Translations under genes and position numbers: made by a program
Assembly: GCA_020891255.1 (NCBI GenBank)
Contig: BQFW01000015.1
Coordinates: 2,480,001 to 2,544,000, forward strand
Source: Entomortierella parvispora E1425
Lineage: Eukaryota > Fungi > Mortierellomycota
DNA length: 64,000 nucleotides
Reading direction: 5' to 3'
Notes under the pieces: generated by a model
Told to the model about the DNA's origin: nothing
The model's database searches: none
The model's input: only the letters and a program-made list of their open reading frames with translations
Part shown: piece after piece, positions 25,768 through 38,543 of the stretch
Numbering within the stretch: the stretch's first letter is position 1
How the letters are laid out: every line of letters begins with the position of its first letter

Positions 25768-27126
25768 TTAAGAATCCTCATCCAGCTGTGGAGCATAGTC
25801 GTACGACCGTTTGAGTCTCCAGTTCAAGTACTCGCCTGCAGTCATATTTCGAGCCTCCTCAAATTCGGTTGCCTCTGCTCGCATTTCCTGCGTAATCAAT
25901 GGCGTCGGAATTGGGTCCAGTTTCATGTCAATGTCGGCATTTATGAAGCAGGCGATCGAGTATCGAGACCGATTCTTCTGCTGTAGGTTATACATGACTC
26001 TGTGCATGGTCGACTTTAGCAGCCCATTGGTCCACATTTGCAAATGATCCGCAATGTTGACAAGGATTGTGTTTGGGATCACAGGTGCTGGTACCCAGGG
26101 TACGTTCTTGTGAGTCCTCGAGGCCTGGACTTCAAGTCCAGGGATATCCTTTTGGATCAAAAGAGTCATTGACCCATAATCCGTGTGGCTGTTTGTATCA
26201 CAAACAGAAAGGAGCACACAGGAAACAAAATTAGGATTTTTGCTCAAGAACTTCCAGGATCAACTTATTCGATCTTCAACCTTTGCTTGCATGCATGATT
26301 TGATCATCTTACCTTCCAGCCAAAGGACTATGTGGATCGCCAGGCTGACTCGGGTAGTGAAGAAACCGCAAGGTACTCTGCGAGTTTTCATCCCAAGTAT
26401 GGGTCTTGTTAAAGTAGTGTCGCCCCCCAGCCGACTCGGGCACCTGGAGTCCAATGGCAAAGCACTCCATGACCTTCCTAGACATGTTGTCAAGACCTTG
26501 GAAGAATTGACCGACCTTGAACTGTAGCTCCTCATCTCCTTGAGAAAAGTGACCTACCGGGTCCTTTTCGTCGACCGACAATCTGTGGATTTGGAAGGCC
26601 CTAAAGAAACGATGGAAGAGGAGGCTTGGCTTAGGCTCTGCAAGTCTTGTCTATTCAATACAACCAACCTTCGTCAGCATCGGCACGAAAGTAAAAGGTT
26701 TACTCTTTCAAGTCTCCAACTTCATGATTATCAGGGTTGAGCCTATGGAGCATTCAACAGGACGGAACGCATCGTTTAATCAATGGCAAAGCGCACATTT
26801 CCCTCCTTTGACAAATGCCCTAGCACAAAGAAAACTGGGACCTACTTCTCGGACTTCATGGAGGTGTATCCCACATTATCGGTTCCGACCATACACTGAG
26901 CCTTGATCTTGATGGGCTGGTTAAAGTACGACTCTGAGGCATCAAACATCTCTGCGATCAGATCCTGGGAAACGCCATGGTTCTTGAGATAGAAGAAACC
27001 AATGTTCTGACTGGCCTCAAGGACATGGCGTGCGCACTCGACTGGGTCCGACTTGAAGAGGCTGAAGTCAATGACAGGGATAGAGGTATTGACGTCTGAG
27101 GGTGTGGTGGTATCGTCGTTGAGCAT
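25768..27126 (-). CDS. 2OG-Fe(II) dioxygenase copy C (intact)
   Basis: Same 4-exon structure; exon 2 LNPDNHEVGDLKE; HTDYG, MHRV and RYS intact. Confidence 0.9.
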
Positions 27127-27347
27127 TGCTGACGCGGTGTTGGAGGGGGAGGAGCGTGTGGGAGTGACAGGAGAAGAAAGAGGACGGGAGAGGAAATGAC
27201 GAACGAACCACACATGCACGCGTCCCTGCGTAGGCCCTTGCGGTCGGGACATCGTGACTGCTGTTGCCACCATCGATGTCGTCCAACAAATAAAACGATC
27301 ACATGCATCTTTGTTTCCTTTCTCCCTTCCTCTTCGAAACATTCACC

Positions 27348-28723
27348 ATGACCGGTGCCACCCTGCAGGCCATCCGCTACCAGCGCGGTTCGCTCGAGAT
27401 CATTGACCAGCTCCTCCTCCCCCATGAGACCCTCTACATTCCAATCAACTCTCTTGCCCTGGGTCATGATGCTATCAAGACCATGAAGGTCCGAGGTGCC
27501 CCCGCCATTGCCATTGTCGCCGCCTTGACCTTGGCCGTTGTTCTCGTTGACCCCAAGACCGCCCCTCGTCTTACCACTGCTCAGGATGCCGTCGCCTTTG
27601 TATTGGAGTCCCTCGAGTACCTCAAGACTTCTCGTCCCACCGCTGTCAACTTGTTTGACGCTGCCCACAAGCTCGCCAAGGGTGTCCAGGAAGCCGCAAC
27701 CAAGGAGGGCGTCTCGGGAGCGGATGTGGTCAACAAGTACCTGGAGCTGTCAGAGAAGATGCTGGAAGACGATGTCAAGGATAACATGAACATTGGAAAG
27801 TTCGGCGCCGAGTTTATCCTCAACGTCTGGCGTGGTGGTGAGGATCTTCGGGTCATCACTCACTGCAACACTGGGTAAGAAAAGCGTGGTAAAGAGATGA
27901 GGGCATTTAGGAGGATGAAATGTAGAAGGAAAGCAAGAATAGAGAAGATGGCTGACTGACGCACGCCTCGACCGCGTGGGAAATCAACAACTTCGGAGGA
28001 GCATTTTTTTTCTTGAGTGGGGGAATGGTTGATTAATTTTATCCGAATCTGACGTGCTTCTGTAGATCTTTGGCAACTGCAGGATATGGAACCGCTTTGG
28101 GAATCATTCGCGCTTTGTCTGGTCAACAAAAGCTCACTCACGCCTACTGCACAGAGACCCGCCCTTACAACCAGGGATCTCGTCTGACCGCCTATGAGCT
28201 TGTTTATGAAAATATTCCTTCGACCTTGATCACGGATTCGATGGCTTCCGCCCTTTTGGCCCAGAATGGAGACAAGATTGCCGCAATCGTGGTTGGTGCT
28301 GATCGTGTGGCTGCCAACGGTGATACTGCTAACAAGATTGGAACCTATCAATTGGCGATCACGGCGCGTTACCACAACGTTCCTTTCATTGTCGCAGCTC
28401 CTTCGACCTCGGTTGATTTGAACATTGCTTCGGGCAAGGAGATTCACATTGAGGTCCGTCCTGCGGTTGAGGTCACCACATTGAGAGGACCCGTTGTCGA
28501 GGTATCTTCAGGATCAGAGGTCCAATTTAAGAAGAGCGCGGATCAACAGTCGGTGGTGAGCGAGACCATTGCCGTCGCTGCGCGCGGAATTGGTGTTTGG
28601 AACCCTTCGTTCGATGTTACACCTGCAGAGTTGATCTCGGCAGTTGTCACAGAAAAGGGCGTCGTTCTCAAGCAGGAGGGTGCCAAGAATTTCGACATGA
28701 AGGCCTTCCTGTCTTCCCACTAA
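27348..28723 (+). CDS. MRI1: Methylthioribose-1-phosphate isomerase (methionine salvage)
   Basis: [24 protein letters not shown]|[44 protein letters not shown]; one intron. Confidence 0.95.
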
Positions 28724-28851
28724 ATCCAAAACAAATTACCATAATATCATGCTTCATAGAAGACCACTCTGCACTTTGAAAGACTCCTTTATCCATGAAA
28801 AATCTGAGGCTTTATTAGTGGAGCTGGTGATGAGTTGAAAAGGTACATGAA

Positions 28852-30882
28852 CTATAAGGCCATGAACTCAGGACGACGACGCCTGAATTCATTCAAACGC
28901 TGGAGAGCATACTCCACATAGTCGAAATCGATGTCACTCTGAGTGGCTTGGTGCAGTCCCCAAAGACCCCACATGATGTGAGAGGTCAATGCAAACTTGT
29001 TGACTTCCTTGTACATACTGTCGAGAATCTCAGCTTTGGTCACACCGCCGCTGCCGTCGCTACCGTTATTCTTCTTTCTCGGGACAACCCGGTCATTCTC
29101 ATTCTCTTCCGCACTGATAGCCGCTGATGCCTTTGTGGCGCCTTGACCGTTGGCGTTTTCTGCATTCTCTCCGTTGACAACAGTTGCCACTGCCTGTTCT
29201 TCCTTAAGGAACTCAGTCGATGTTCGAGGCTTCATAACGGTCGAGGCCGCTGCTGCCACCTGGGCCAAGCCACTCGTTAGCGCCCGGGTGATTGACTTGC
29301 GTCTACTGGTCTTTGCATACTTCTCCATGTTAATGGCTGTCAAGTGGTAGCCTGCCATGGCAATCTCGGCCTCCATGTACGCCTCCAAAAAGTTCAGCTG
29401 TTCGGCTTTTGTAGGGTAACGATCAGGATGCATGATCGAGGGACGTTCAGAGTGGTAATCGGCAGTCCATTCACAGAAATGGTTGGCGATATCAAAAGCT
29501 CGGGTGTTGTATCCTGCGTATTCAAAGTCGATAACGACCAACTCTCCATCTTCATCCTTTGTCCTCAAAATGTTGCCATATTGAGTCTAAATATAAAATT
29601 AAAAAAAAGTGTCAGAAATGAAGCAATTGAGACTTGTTTCCATCCAATATTCGTCGCCCACTTACGTCGTTATGGGCGAATACAAGAGGTGAGTGAACAG
29701 AGAGAAGCTCCCGATGGACCTCGTCAATCTCGGCCAACAATCTGTCAAAGTCAAGCTCTTCCAGATCAGCCTTCTTTGAGGGATCCTTGGCAATGATTTT
29801 GCCAATGGCAGCCCTGGCCAAAGGAATCCACTTTGCAATGTTGGCTTGCGACTGAGGGATCGTACCCTCTGGAGGTGGGAACACATTGACAATGTTGTGA
29901 AGCTCGCACAGGCGGTGAGCGATATGGCGAGATGTCCTTGGGTCCCGAAGATCCTCCTTGGTCAGTGTCGTTGACTCTACATATTGCTCAAATCGTCCAT
30001 TCTTGAAAATTCCCAGCAATGACGGTCCAATGTCCATGGTGGAGAGGTTTTGAAGCCAATGCAACTCGTTCTCTCGAGAAAAGAGAGACTCCAGACCAAT
30101 ACCATACACTCTAAGCAATACCTTGCGAGGGAGCGTTTCTCCCTCACGAGAAGGTCCAGAGACGAGGTAAATGCAGTTGGTCATTGCGCCGCTGATACGG
30201 TCGAGCTTCAAGGAGGTATGATCTGTGATTTCGGCCCAGTCCTGGACCTGCATCAAGTGCAGGAGCTCCAGCACCCGCTTGGCCAGAGGTTCGCCCTTCA
30301 AGGACCTGATGCGACGTTTAAATCACGCGCCAAAAGAAAAGTATCCCTGTTGTCAATAAAAGGTTCATGTTGGGTGCACAAGCTCAGAGCACGCGAGCAC
30401 GCATGGTTGAAAAACTGGAATAAAACAGCCACTGAATTTTGCACTTACAAGTCCAACTCTTGGTCATCCATGGTCATCACAGGGTCTGGGGATATAGCAG
30501 GCAAGACCTTGAGACCTGCAAGACTAGACCGTTTACTCAATGGGGGGCGGTGAGGGGAGTACTGGTGAAAGACAGCAGGCTTGTGCTTCTGCCATGGAAA
30601 GATGGAAGAGGCTCTGGATTGGCGGGATGAGAATCCAAAGTGTTTCTTGGAGCCAGAGAGATGGATGGGATCATCGATTGGTGTTGTTGGTGGCGAATCG
30701 CGAGTAATGTCCTTGGCTGCTTGTGAAGGAGTGTAGGCTGGGAGGCGGATGGGCTGCTGTTGCCATGAGGTCTCGACAACGAGTGCGGTGGAGTCTTCCA
30801 GGCCAGCGTCGTCTTCAGCTTCGTTGTGGCGGGTCTCGAGGTCATGAGCCCCCGAGTCGGCAGGTTGGAATGCGTTTGTCAT
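28852..30882 (-). CDS. Choline/ethanolamine kinase
   Basis: ISGAMTN, VLLRVYG, GRFEQY, FAHND|LQYGNIL, IDFEYAGYN..FDIANHFCEW; 3 exons. Confidence 0.92.
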
Positions 30883-31541
30883 GTGAGGATTGGATCAGAT
30901 GTGTAGTGAATGGATGGATAGGATGAGTGGATGAGAAACCAATGAGGAATGAGGAGAGGAACAAAAGGGAATAGAGAATAAAAGAACGCGAGAGAAGAGC
31001 AGAGCAAAGAAAGGAAACAAATGCTCCCCCAACACCCGGGGTTTGCTCTTTCCTCTCCTCTGACACGCTGATCACGCTGATCACATCGATCACATCATGA
31101 CGAGGTCGAGATGCGATCTCTTTCAAGCTGCATGCACGCTGACTGGCGAGGTTCGTGCACTGCTTACCACACATCCACCGGAGGTGATGCAGTCGAGTTT
31201 CATTCTTCTTCTGGCTGACCCTTTTCTGGCACCTGGCTCCCGGATATGTGGATATGTGGTAGATGCCACGACCAGAGCCTTTACCCCAACGCGGAACTAT
31301 TTTCCATGAGACAGATCTTCTCTGGTGCCCCAACAGCCAATCGCACGAGGCGCTGGCTGGCTGCAATCTGATTTCCATCTCGAACGCCACCAAAGTGCAG
31401 ATCGGAGCGTGATTCTCAATTGCCCCTCTTGTCTTGCCCGCATGGTCGCGTGCCGCATCCTTATTTCCCTTTCAGATCGTGCATACTAGCAGTTTAATGG
31501 ACCCCATCTATGTTAAATTACTATGTATTAAGACATCTTTT

Positions 31542-32186
31542 CTACACATCTTTCAAGCTACGGGCTTCCTCGACCTCCTTGGCGATCTCCTCCTCCGATA
31601 TGCTTGCGAGTGCCTCACGGACCTCCATCAAAATAAGTCCCAGCATGTTCTTGCCCTTGCCATCGCCACCGTCAGCCCAGTATCGATCATTCTTGGTGTG
31701 CTCTACAAGTGTGGTTGTTTCAGTCAATTGAAAAGAACAATGGTTTCTCAGAAGCAATACATGCCTGCAACATTTTTTTCTCTCTTGCTGACAACAAAAA
31801 AAAAAAAAAAAAAAACTAGAAAAAGATCGAAAGGACTCACCAACAAGATGTCTCTCACCAGTGCTAATGAGGACCTTAGCAAGAGAAGGATGCTGGAAAA
31901 ACTTTTGCCTCACACATTCACGCATGATGTCGTCCTTGACCTCTTCCCAATCGGGTCTCAACGGCCATTTACGGTTTCGGCCCATCTTGGCGGCATCGCC
32001 GGCTGTGGGGGCCATGCGGATCATCTCCACATACTGTTGATCGTCTGCAAGAGCAAACTTTTGAGCTTGGAAATAGTGTTCCGTCGTGGGCCATTCCACA
32101 CCCCCGATCGTGATCGGAGCATGCCAGAAATTGGAAAACTCGCCAAACGCGTCTCCCTGACGGTAAAAGTTGAGATTGTCCTTCAT
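31542..32186 (-). CDS. NADAR/YbiA family protein (168 aa, intron 31840-31703)
   Basis: FSNF, WPTTEHYFQAQKF, WEEVKDDIM...KFFQH, STG..LV|EHTKNDRYWADGGDGKGKNMLG..LMEVR. Confidence 0.92.
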   Translation of the reverse strand: MKDNLNFYRQGDAFGEFSNFWHAPITIGGVEWPTTEHYFQAQKFALADDQQYVEMIRMAPTAGDAAKMGRNRKWPLRPDWEEVKDDIMRECVRQKFFQHPSLAKVLISTGERHLVGESFRSFSSFFFFFFCCQQERKKCCRHVLLLRNHCSFQLTETTTLVEHTKNDRYWADGGDGKGKNMLGLILMEVREALASISEEEIAKEVEEARSLKDV

Positions 32187-32684
32187 GATGTGGATTGTTC
32201 TACTGTGTTGAAAAAGGGTTCAGTGGTTTCTGAGAGCTGTCAATTGGTCGACCAATTGTGCAAGGAGAGAGGGTCGTAAAGAGATGAGAGAGGCGTTGAT
32301 GCTAGAGTGAGTCAATTGAGAAAGAAGGCGCCTTCTTATAGGAAAATGAGAACTATAGAAACCATGGTGGTAATATTGGTTAATTGCCAGTCGTGCGCAG
32401 CAAACTAGGGCAGAAGAGCTGTCGCAGCACTTTAGTCCTCCAGGGTTTGCACCGCCAACTGCCGCAGCTCTTACATGACTCTTGTCTTGGTTTGTATTTG
32501 AGGCTGAGCAGTAGGCTATGTCAATGTTTTCGTGTTTTGGTCACAAAGACAACGCGATCATATGAATAGTAACCGAAAAGGGAAAATGAGGGAAATGAGA
32601 ATGAGAATGGGGATGAGAATGAGGAGAGAGGATGGGGTTGATGAAGGAATTGTTTTTCAATTCTGCCGGCTTGGCGAGGCTGTG

Positions 32685-33082
32685 TCACACAGAGAGGTCA
32701 CTTATTTTTTTGTCGCCGCCCCCCTTGACCCAGAATTGGCGATCATCACGTCCACCCAAACGCCAATTTGGACCTAGTTGAAAAAGGAAGGGACGAGAGA
32801 CTCGCATAGCCTCCTCCCGGGCTTCTTTGTCCTTTTGGAAGCAAGACGAACGCAATTTCTCGGGTCAATGAAAATAGAGGCCCAACGGAATGAAAGGAAG
32901 CGTTGCGTGCTTACGGATGACCAAATGATGAAGAGCCGCAATATGGCGAGGACAAGGGGTGAGCAGTGCAATAGTCGAAAGAGCAAGAGAGGAGCATGGG
33001 GCTTTAAATGGAAGGGTTCTTCCAGGGTAGGAGGAGCAAGACAAATAATCCAACCAACAAACAAGCGACAAAAGAGCACGAA
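32685..33082 (-). CDS. Possible small membrane protein, 3' exons only
   Basis: Canonical 83-nt gtaagc...ag intron (32914-32832) joins hydrophobic ...LAILRLFIIWSS to DKEAREEAMRVSRPFLFQLGPNWRLGG...*; start codon not located. Confidence 0.3.
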
Positions 33083-33742
33083 CTGCTGGAAATGTCAGCA
33101 AACAACATCAGAAATCAAATCTCGAGAGCAGTCAATCGGTTGGGTGGGCAACAGCAGCAGGGAAGAGCTGTATGACAAAAAGAAACCATGGAAGCACAAA
33201 CGGAAGCAGGAGAATAAAGAGACGACTATGAAGGGTTGGATTCATACACCGATAGAACGGAGAGTCACCCAGAAAAACGTGTCCCCGGGATGAGATATGG
33301 TTCTTGATCAAGAAAAGACACCATTGAGAGAGGTTGAAACGCGCACATTTCCCTGCGTGTTCAGTCAGTGCCAGCAAGCGCGCCAGTGATCGGATGGGGG
33401 GGGGGGGGGTCCATTCAGGCTGATGTGCAGAAGAGATGAAAAGAGAAGGAGGTGGGGTGTGGTGCAAAGCGAGGAGAAAAAAGAAACGAGCAACGACCAA
33501 GCCCGATTTATTTTTACCGTTTCCACACAGCACCGGCCGGGGTGGGGGGACAGAGAGAGGAGAGAGGGACGATGCCCTTTTGGTGCAGTGCTCTCAAGGA
33601 CAATCGGGCAGAGAAAAGAAAGAACCTTAAGGCCCAAGGAGATTTTGCACTTTTTGTGTGTCCGCACAAAGGACGAAGCGTGGACGAACGAAACGAACGA
33701 ATGAAATGAACGAACTGGCTGGGCACAAATGTGTGTGTGTGT

Positions 33743-33900
<158 letters not shown>

Positions 33901-34257
33901 GGGGCTCATCGGAGGACTTTGGTCCATTCATTCATTCATTCGTTCATTCTCTTTTTCTCTTCTCTTCTCTTCTCTTCTCTTCGTCCCTCTCTTCATCCTT
34001 CTCTTCATTCATTCATTCATTCAATCATCTCGCAGCATTCACTCCTCTTGCGCTCTCAGTCACTCAGACAGATACCTCTTGCCTCCTCCGTTCCTGACCC
34101 GATCCAGGCACTTTCTTTTGACCACGAACCCACTCCCAACAGACACCCCCTCCCCCCTTCCGCCCCCCTGCGACTCCTTGTCCGTTCCTCTCCCTTTGCC
34201 CTCCACCCCTCCACCTCCTCATCGCTCATCCTTCTCACATATCGCCATTAGAGGACG

Positions 34258-35754
34258 ATGCTAAAACTTGCTGCTTGTGTAGCTGGGTAAGCAAGAGAGA
34301 AAAAAAAAAAAAAACGATCTTCCAGATCGATCTTATGATCTAATTCTGACCGCTTTTTTTAACTCTTCCTCCTTTGTTCCTCTCCGCCCACTAGCATCTA
34401 TTCTTGCTTCCTCACATGGGGCTACTTCCAGGAGAAGGTCTCGACAACACCCTACGGTGAAGAGTCCGTTCGGTTCAAGTACTTCATCTTCCTGAACATG
34501 ATCCAGGCCATCTCTGCCTCGGCCACCGCCTATGCGTATTTGAAGATCCAACGGAAACCTTTGGCGATGCCCTCCAGGATGTTGCTTGGCAAGTACTTTC
34601 AAGTCGCCTTCTTCAATGCCATTGCCTCGCCCTTTTCATACGCGGCTTTGAAACACATCGACTACCCGACCATGATCTTGACAAAGTCTTGCAAGTTGGT
34701 CCCTGTCATGTTGATGAACATTTTGTTGTACCGTCGCAAATTCCCGACCTACAAATATGTCTGCGTCGCTCTGATCACGATGGGTGCTTCCGGGTTCATG
34801 CTGTTGGCCCCTGTGGACGAGCACAAGAAAGGAGCAGTCAATAGCTCTCTGTACGGGATGCTGCTGGTGATCATTAATCTGACAATTGACGGCGTGACAA
34901 ACTCGACCCAGGATCAGATCTTCCATACCTTCAAGGTGACAGGGCAGCAGATGATGTGCTTCATGAACCTATTCATGGCCGGATTCATGGCCATCTGGTT
35001 GTTGAACCCCTTCAACTCTGAACTAGGCAATGCGCTGGCGTTTTGTCGAGACCACCCCGCTATCATTCAGGACCTCTCGCTGTTTTGTCTCTGTGGAGCT
35101 CTTGGGCAGTGCTTCATCTTTTATACCCTCGAACAGTTTGGATCCTTGTCATTGGTGACCGTGACAGTGACCCGAAAGCTCTTCACCATCTTGCTCTCCG
35201 TGGTCGCATACGGACATTTCTTGAATGTCAGCCAGTGGTTGATGGTCGGCGTCGTCTTTTCGGGTATTGGCTTGGAAGCTTATGTGAAACGGAACGAGAA
35301 ACTGGAAAAGATGGGCGACAATCTGCCAAAGCATTCGCCCAAACCAGATCAGATTTCATTTAGTCAAGTGGAAATGATGAAGAAGGACAAGATTGAGGAC
35401 ATGAACTCCAATTTCGTCGGCATGGCTTCCAATTTCGGGGTCGGATCCGGCTTGGCCCAGTATGGGCAAGAGTTGTCGAACGGGAACAGTAGTACACAGC
35501 TGTTGCAGCCACCGACACAGTTCTTGCATCCTTCATATCAGACACAGACGCAGTTTCAGGATCAGCATGGCTACCAATTCATGTCATTACAACAGCAGTA
35601 CCAACAGCAACAGCAACAACATCACTCTCAATCACTACAACATCAGCAACCATTGGCCTACGCTAGCTCTAGTTCTGCAGTACCGGGAAAGCAGGTTGGA
35701 GGCGGTGGTGGTGGAAGACAGCGAACCAGTGTTATTGCTCCAAAACGTCATTAG
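34258..35754 (+). CDS. HUT1: UDP-galactose transporter homolog (SLC35B1/UAA family)
   Basis: MLKLAACVAG|IYSCFLTWGYFQEKV, ALKHIDYPTMILTKSCKLVPVM, DGVTNSTQD, TRKLFTILLSV. Confidence 0.92.
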
Positions 35755-36207
35755 ACCAAGAAAAGAAAATCGCCCTCAAAATAAACTGCATAGACCGAGG
35801 TATTGTACAGATATCAGCCAGCTGCAGAAACCAATGATAAGGGTGGCGGTAAGGATTATCCTTGGGCTGTCTTCAGCTCTTCTCCTCTGGCAGATTGTGC
35901 TGAAAGATAGTGGTGTAGGTTTAGCTCTTCAACAGTGCTGTTTTTCAGCAGCTGACCACTGAAGACTTTTGACGAAAGTCATGTTGAGCGGCAAAAGGTA
36001 TGGCGCCCTCGCGTGTAAACACAGTCAATGGGTACAACAATTGAGGTGCTGTCGCCGTTATATTTTCCCAATTTTATTTTTCTTGATTACAACTTGACGT
36101 CAAAAAGGGCAGAGTTTTTTTTTTTCTTTTTTTCAAAAGGATCAACTCAGACTTTTGACTGAAGAGGGGAGAGGGAAGAGAATAAAAGATCCAAAGGGAC
36201 TAGATAT

Positions 36208-36693
36208 TTAGCAGCCACTTCCGCACATCCAGTAGTGACCAGAGCAGGCTCCGAACTTGGAAGTCTGGGCGCACGAAACGCCCTGGACACCGTTCCAGTC
36301 GCAGTCGTATCCCTTGGCCTAAAAAAAAAAGAGCAAATAGACACCGTTAAAAACTTTACAGTTGCAAGAACAAAGACCACCTTATGTCGGACGATTGGAC
36401 TTCATGATTTCTCAAAAAGAAGAAACACTTGCCTGCAAGGCAGCCAAGAAGTTGCTGGCAGCGGAGTGGGCAGTGATGCTGGTGCAGCTGTTACTGCAGT
36501 AGTAGTAGCAGCGACCGTTGGCATCGTTGGTGTACTCGCAGGTGCGGACGCAAGCTTGGGCCGAGGCGGCGAGAACAAGGGCAATGGCAACAGCAGAGGT
36601 CCTAATGCGCAAAAAGGAGACAACAATGTTAGTAACCGGCTGTAGTGAGGTATGGTACACATCAGGGGCTGTTGGACTCGGCTCGTACTTCAT
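36208..36693 (-). CDS. Secreted 10-Cys small protein, copy 1 (94 aa)
   Basis: Exons 36693-36689, 36601-36433, 36318-36208 (second intron GC-AG): MKTSAVAIALVLAASAQA-CVRTCEYTNDANGRCYYYCSNSCTSITAHSAASNFLAALQAKGYDCDWNGVQGVSCAQTSKFGACSGHYWMCGSGC*. Confidence 0.9.
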
Positions 36694-36782
36694 GGTTGTT
36701 GGAGTTGAGATTGTAGGGAGTGGGTTGTTGTGGTTGTCTTTGTGGTTGGGGTTTGATAGTGAAGTGAGGGTAATCATGGCCC

Positions 36783-36789
36783 TTTTATA
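36783..36789 (-). promoter_or_regulatory. TATA box of copy 1
   Basis: TATAAAA about 90 nt upstream of the ATG; equivalent boxes precede copies 2 and 3. Confidence 0.6.
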
Positions 36790-38450
36790 TTGTTGCTGGC
36801 ATCAGCATTCATCCTGTCCCCTCCAACCGCCTCGCCTATCGTGTCCCTTCGGGGTACAAAGGCATCAAACAGTGAAACTCACACCCAATGAACTCATATT
36901 CCATATCTGCTGAGGGAAGTGGATGAACGGTTCGAGCATGTTCACAGTTCGTGATCATCCACACCTTGCCTTCCCAGGTGGCAGTTTAAGGTTTTTTACC
37001 GTTAGACGCGCCGCGATTTTCGTCCGTGCAGGAAAAATGGCTCTGTGTTTGTGGACGTGCTCTGGCTAAAATAGTTCGTAATCTGGCGTCAGCAGCCTCT
37101 TTAGAATCAGGGTCCTCGGGTCATTTTGCAATTGACCCGCTGAGTTCCAGGCGTTCATGCAGAGTCCAAAAGTGGGGAATGTTCATTTTTCCCCATGATT
37201 TGATATAAGTTTACACAAAAAAAAACACCTCTATTGGTGAGCCTTTACTGCCACAGGGATATGACCAGGAACGCGTGAAGATGGGAGGATGAGGCGAGAA
37301 TGACTTACATGGCTGGAAGTGCAATTGTATTCAGTTTCAAATTGATGGATATCTTGAGCACGACCATGTAGACGCAAACGTCCTCTTCCCACGCAAGATG
37401 GAACAACCAGCTTCCGGCACTCAAGAGCCTCCTGTCGGTTTCCCTCGCGAGGGACAATTCACGAGGTATGGTCATCCCTTGGCATCCAGGTTGATATGCA
37501 GTTCACACGTCCGCAAACAGTTGGAAGACGCCATTTTGCCGCCCAAACACCACCTTCGACGGCAGGTTCAGTGTACTTTATGTGAATAGAGAATTTCCTG
37601 TCGTCCCTACCGAGTGGGCGGATGGGAGACGTAGACAGGGGTAATTGGATCAGAAGGACAACTACATCTCTGGTGAATTGAGTGGACGTGTTGGCTTCAA
37701 TTGGACGGCTCATAATCAAAAAAGGATGGTCTTCTCATCAAATTGGAAGATTAACGTAAACCACCTTTTCATGCATTGAACTTCTAACTCAACTTGGCAA
37801 CAGCGAGGCAATTTTCCTATACTCAATTGTCCAGTTTGGGATCGTATTTGTTTATTTGTTCCCACTGACTATGATAACAATCATCTTTCCCACTGTGGCA
37901 ATTCGTGGTGACAAGGAGTCGCACAGGTTTTTGTTGATGTTGTTTTTAGATCTCCGTCTGGCAAACAACAAGAGCTCATTCTGGCAAAACGGTGCACTCG
38001 CCTATTTACGCTTGTGAATTGCGGACACAAGCGCCAGTTCTCGGGAAAATTAGTCGTTGCCACACAGTGTTGTAATCCTGAAAGGGCGCTACTACTGTAC
38101 GATGGGTATGATGATGGATCAAAAGGCTAGACCATTGGTCCCCTAACACAAGTGGTGGCAAAAAAAAGTACATGTCCATTTGTTCAATTCATGCATCGAC
38201 CACAGCCTCGGAGGACTATCTGCACGGACGGCGGGTCTAGCGGCCCCAAAAACCTTAAATTCGACCAGGGCACACGCGCCGGACGGCAACCAGTTTTGGT
38301 GGTTGTGAAAATACTAGAGTCGAAAGACCTCCAGTAAAATGGCCAGACATGAAGGAAAAGGAATCGTCGACTTGATCTCCAGTGTCCTCCGTCCCAGTTT
38401 TTCAATTCATCAGCGCACCTCTACTGACTTGAATGAATTACAGAGCAACC

Positions 38451-38461
38451 TATATATAAAA
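38451..38461 (+). promoter_or_regulatory. TATA box of copy 2
   Basis: TATATATAAAA about 85-90 nt upstream of ATG 38544. Confidence 0.6.
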
Positions 38462-38543
38462 GAACTCGGGTGCCTCTCTCCAAACCTCAAACACACCCTT
38501 TAGTCAAGCTATTCAAACGATTCCTACTCAATTCATCATCTCA

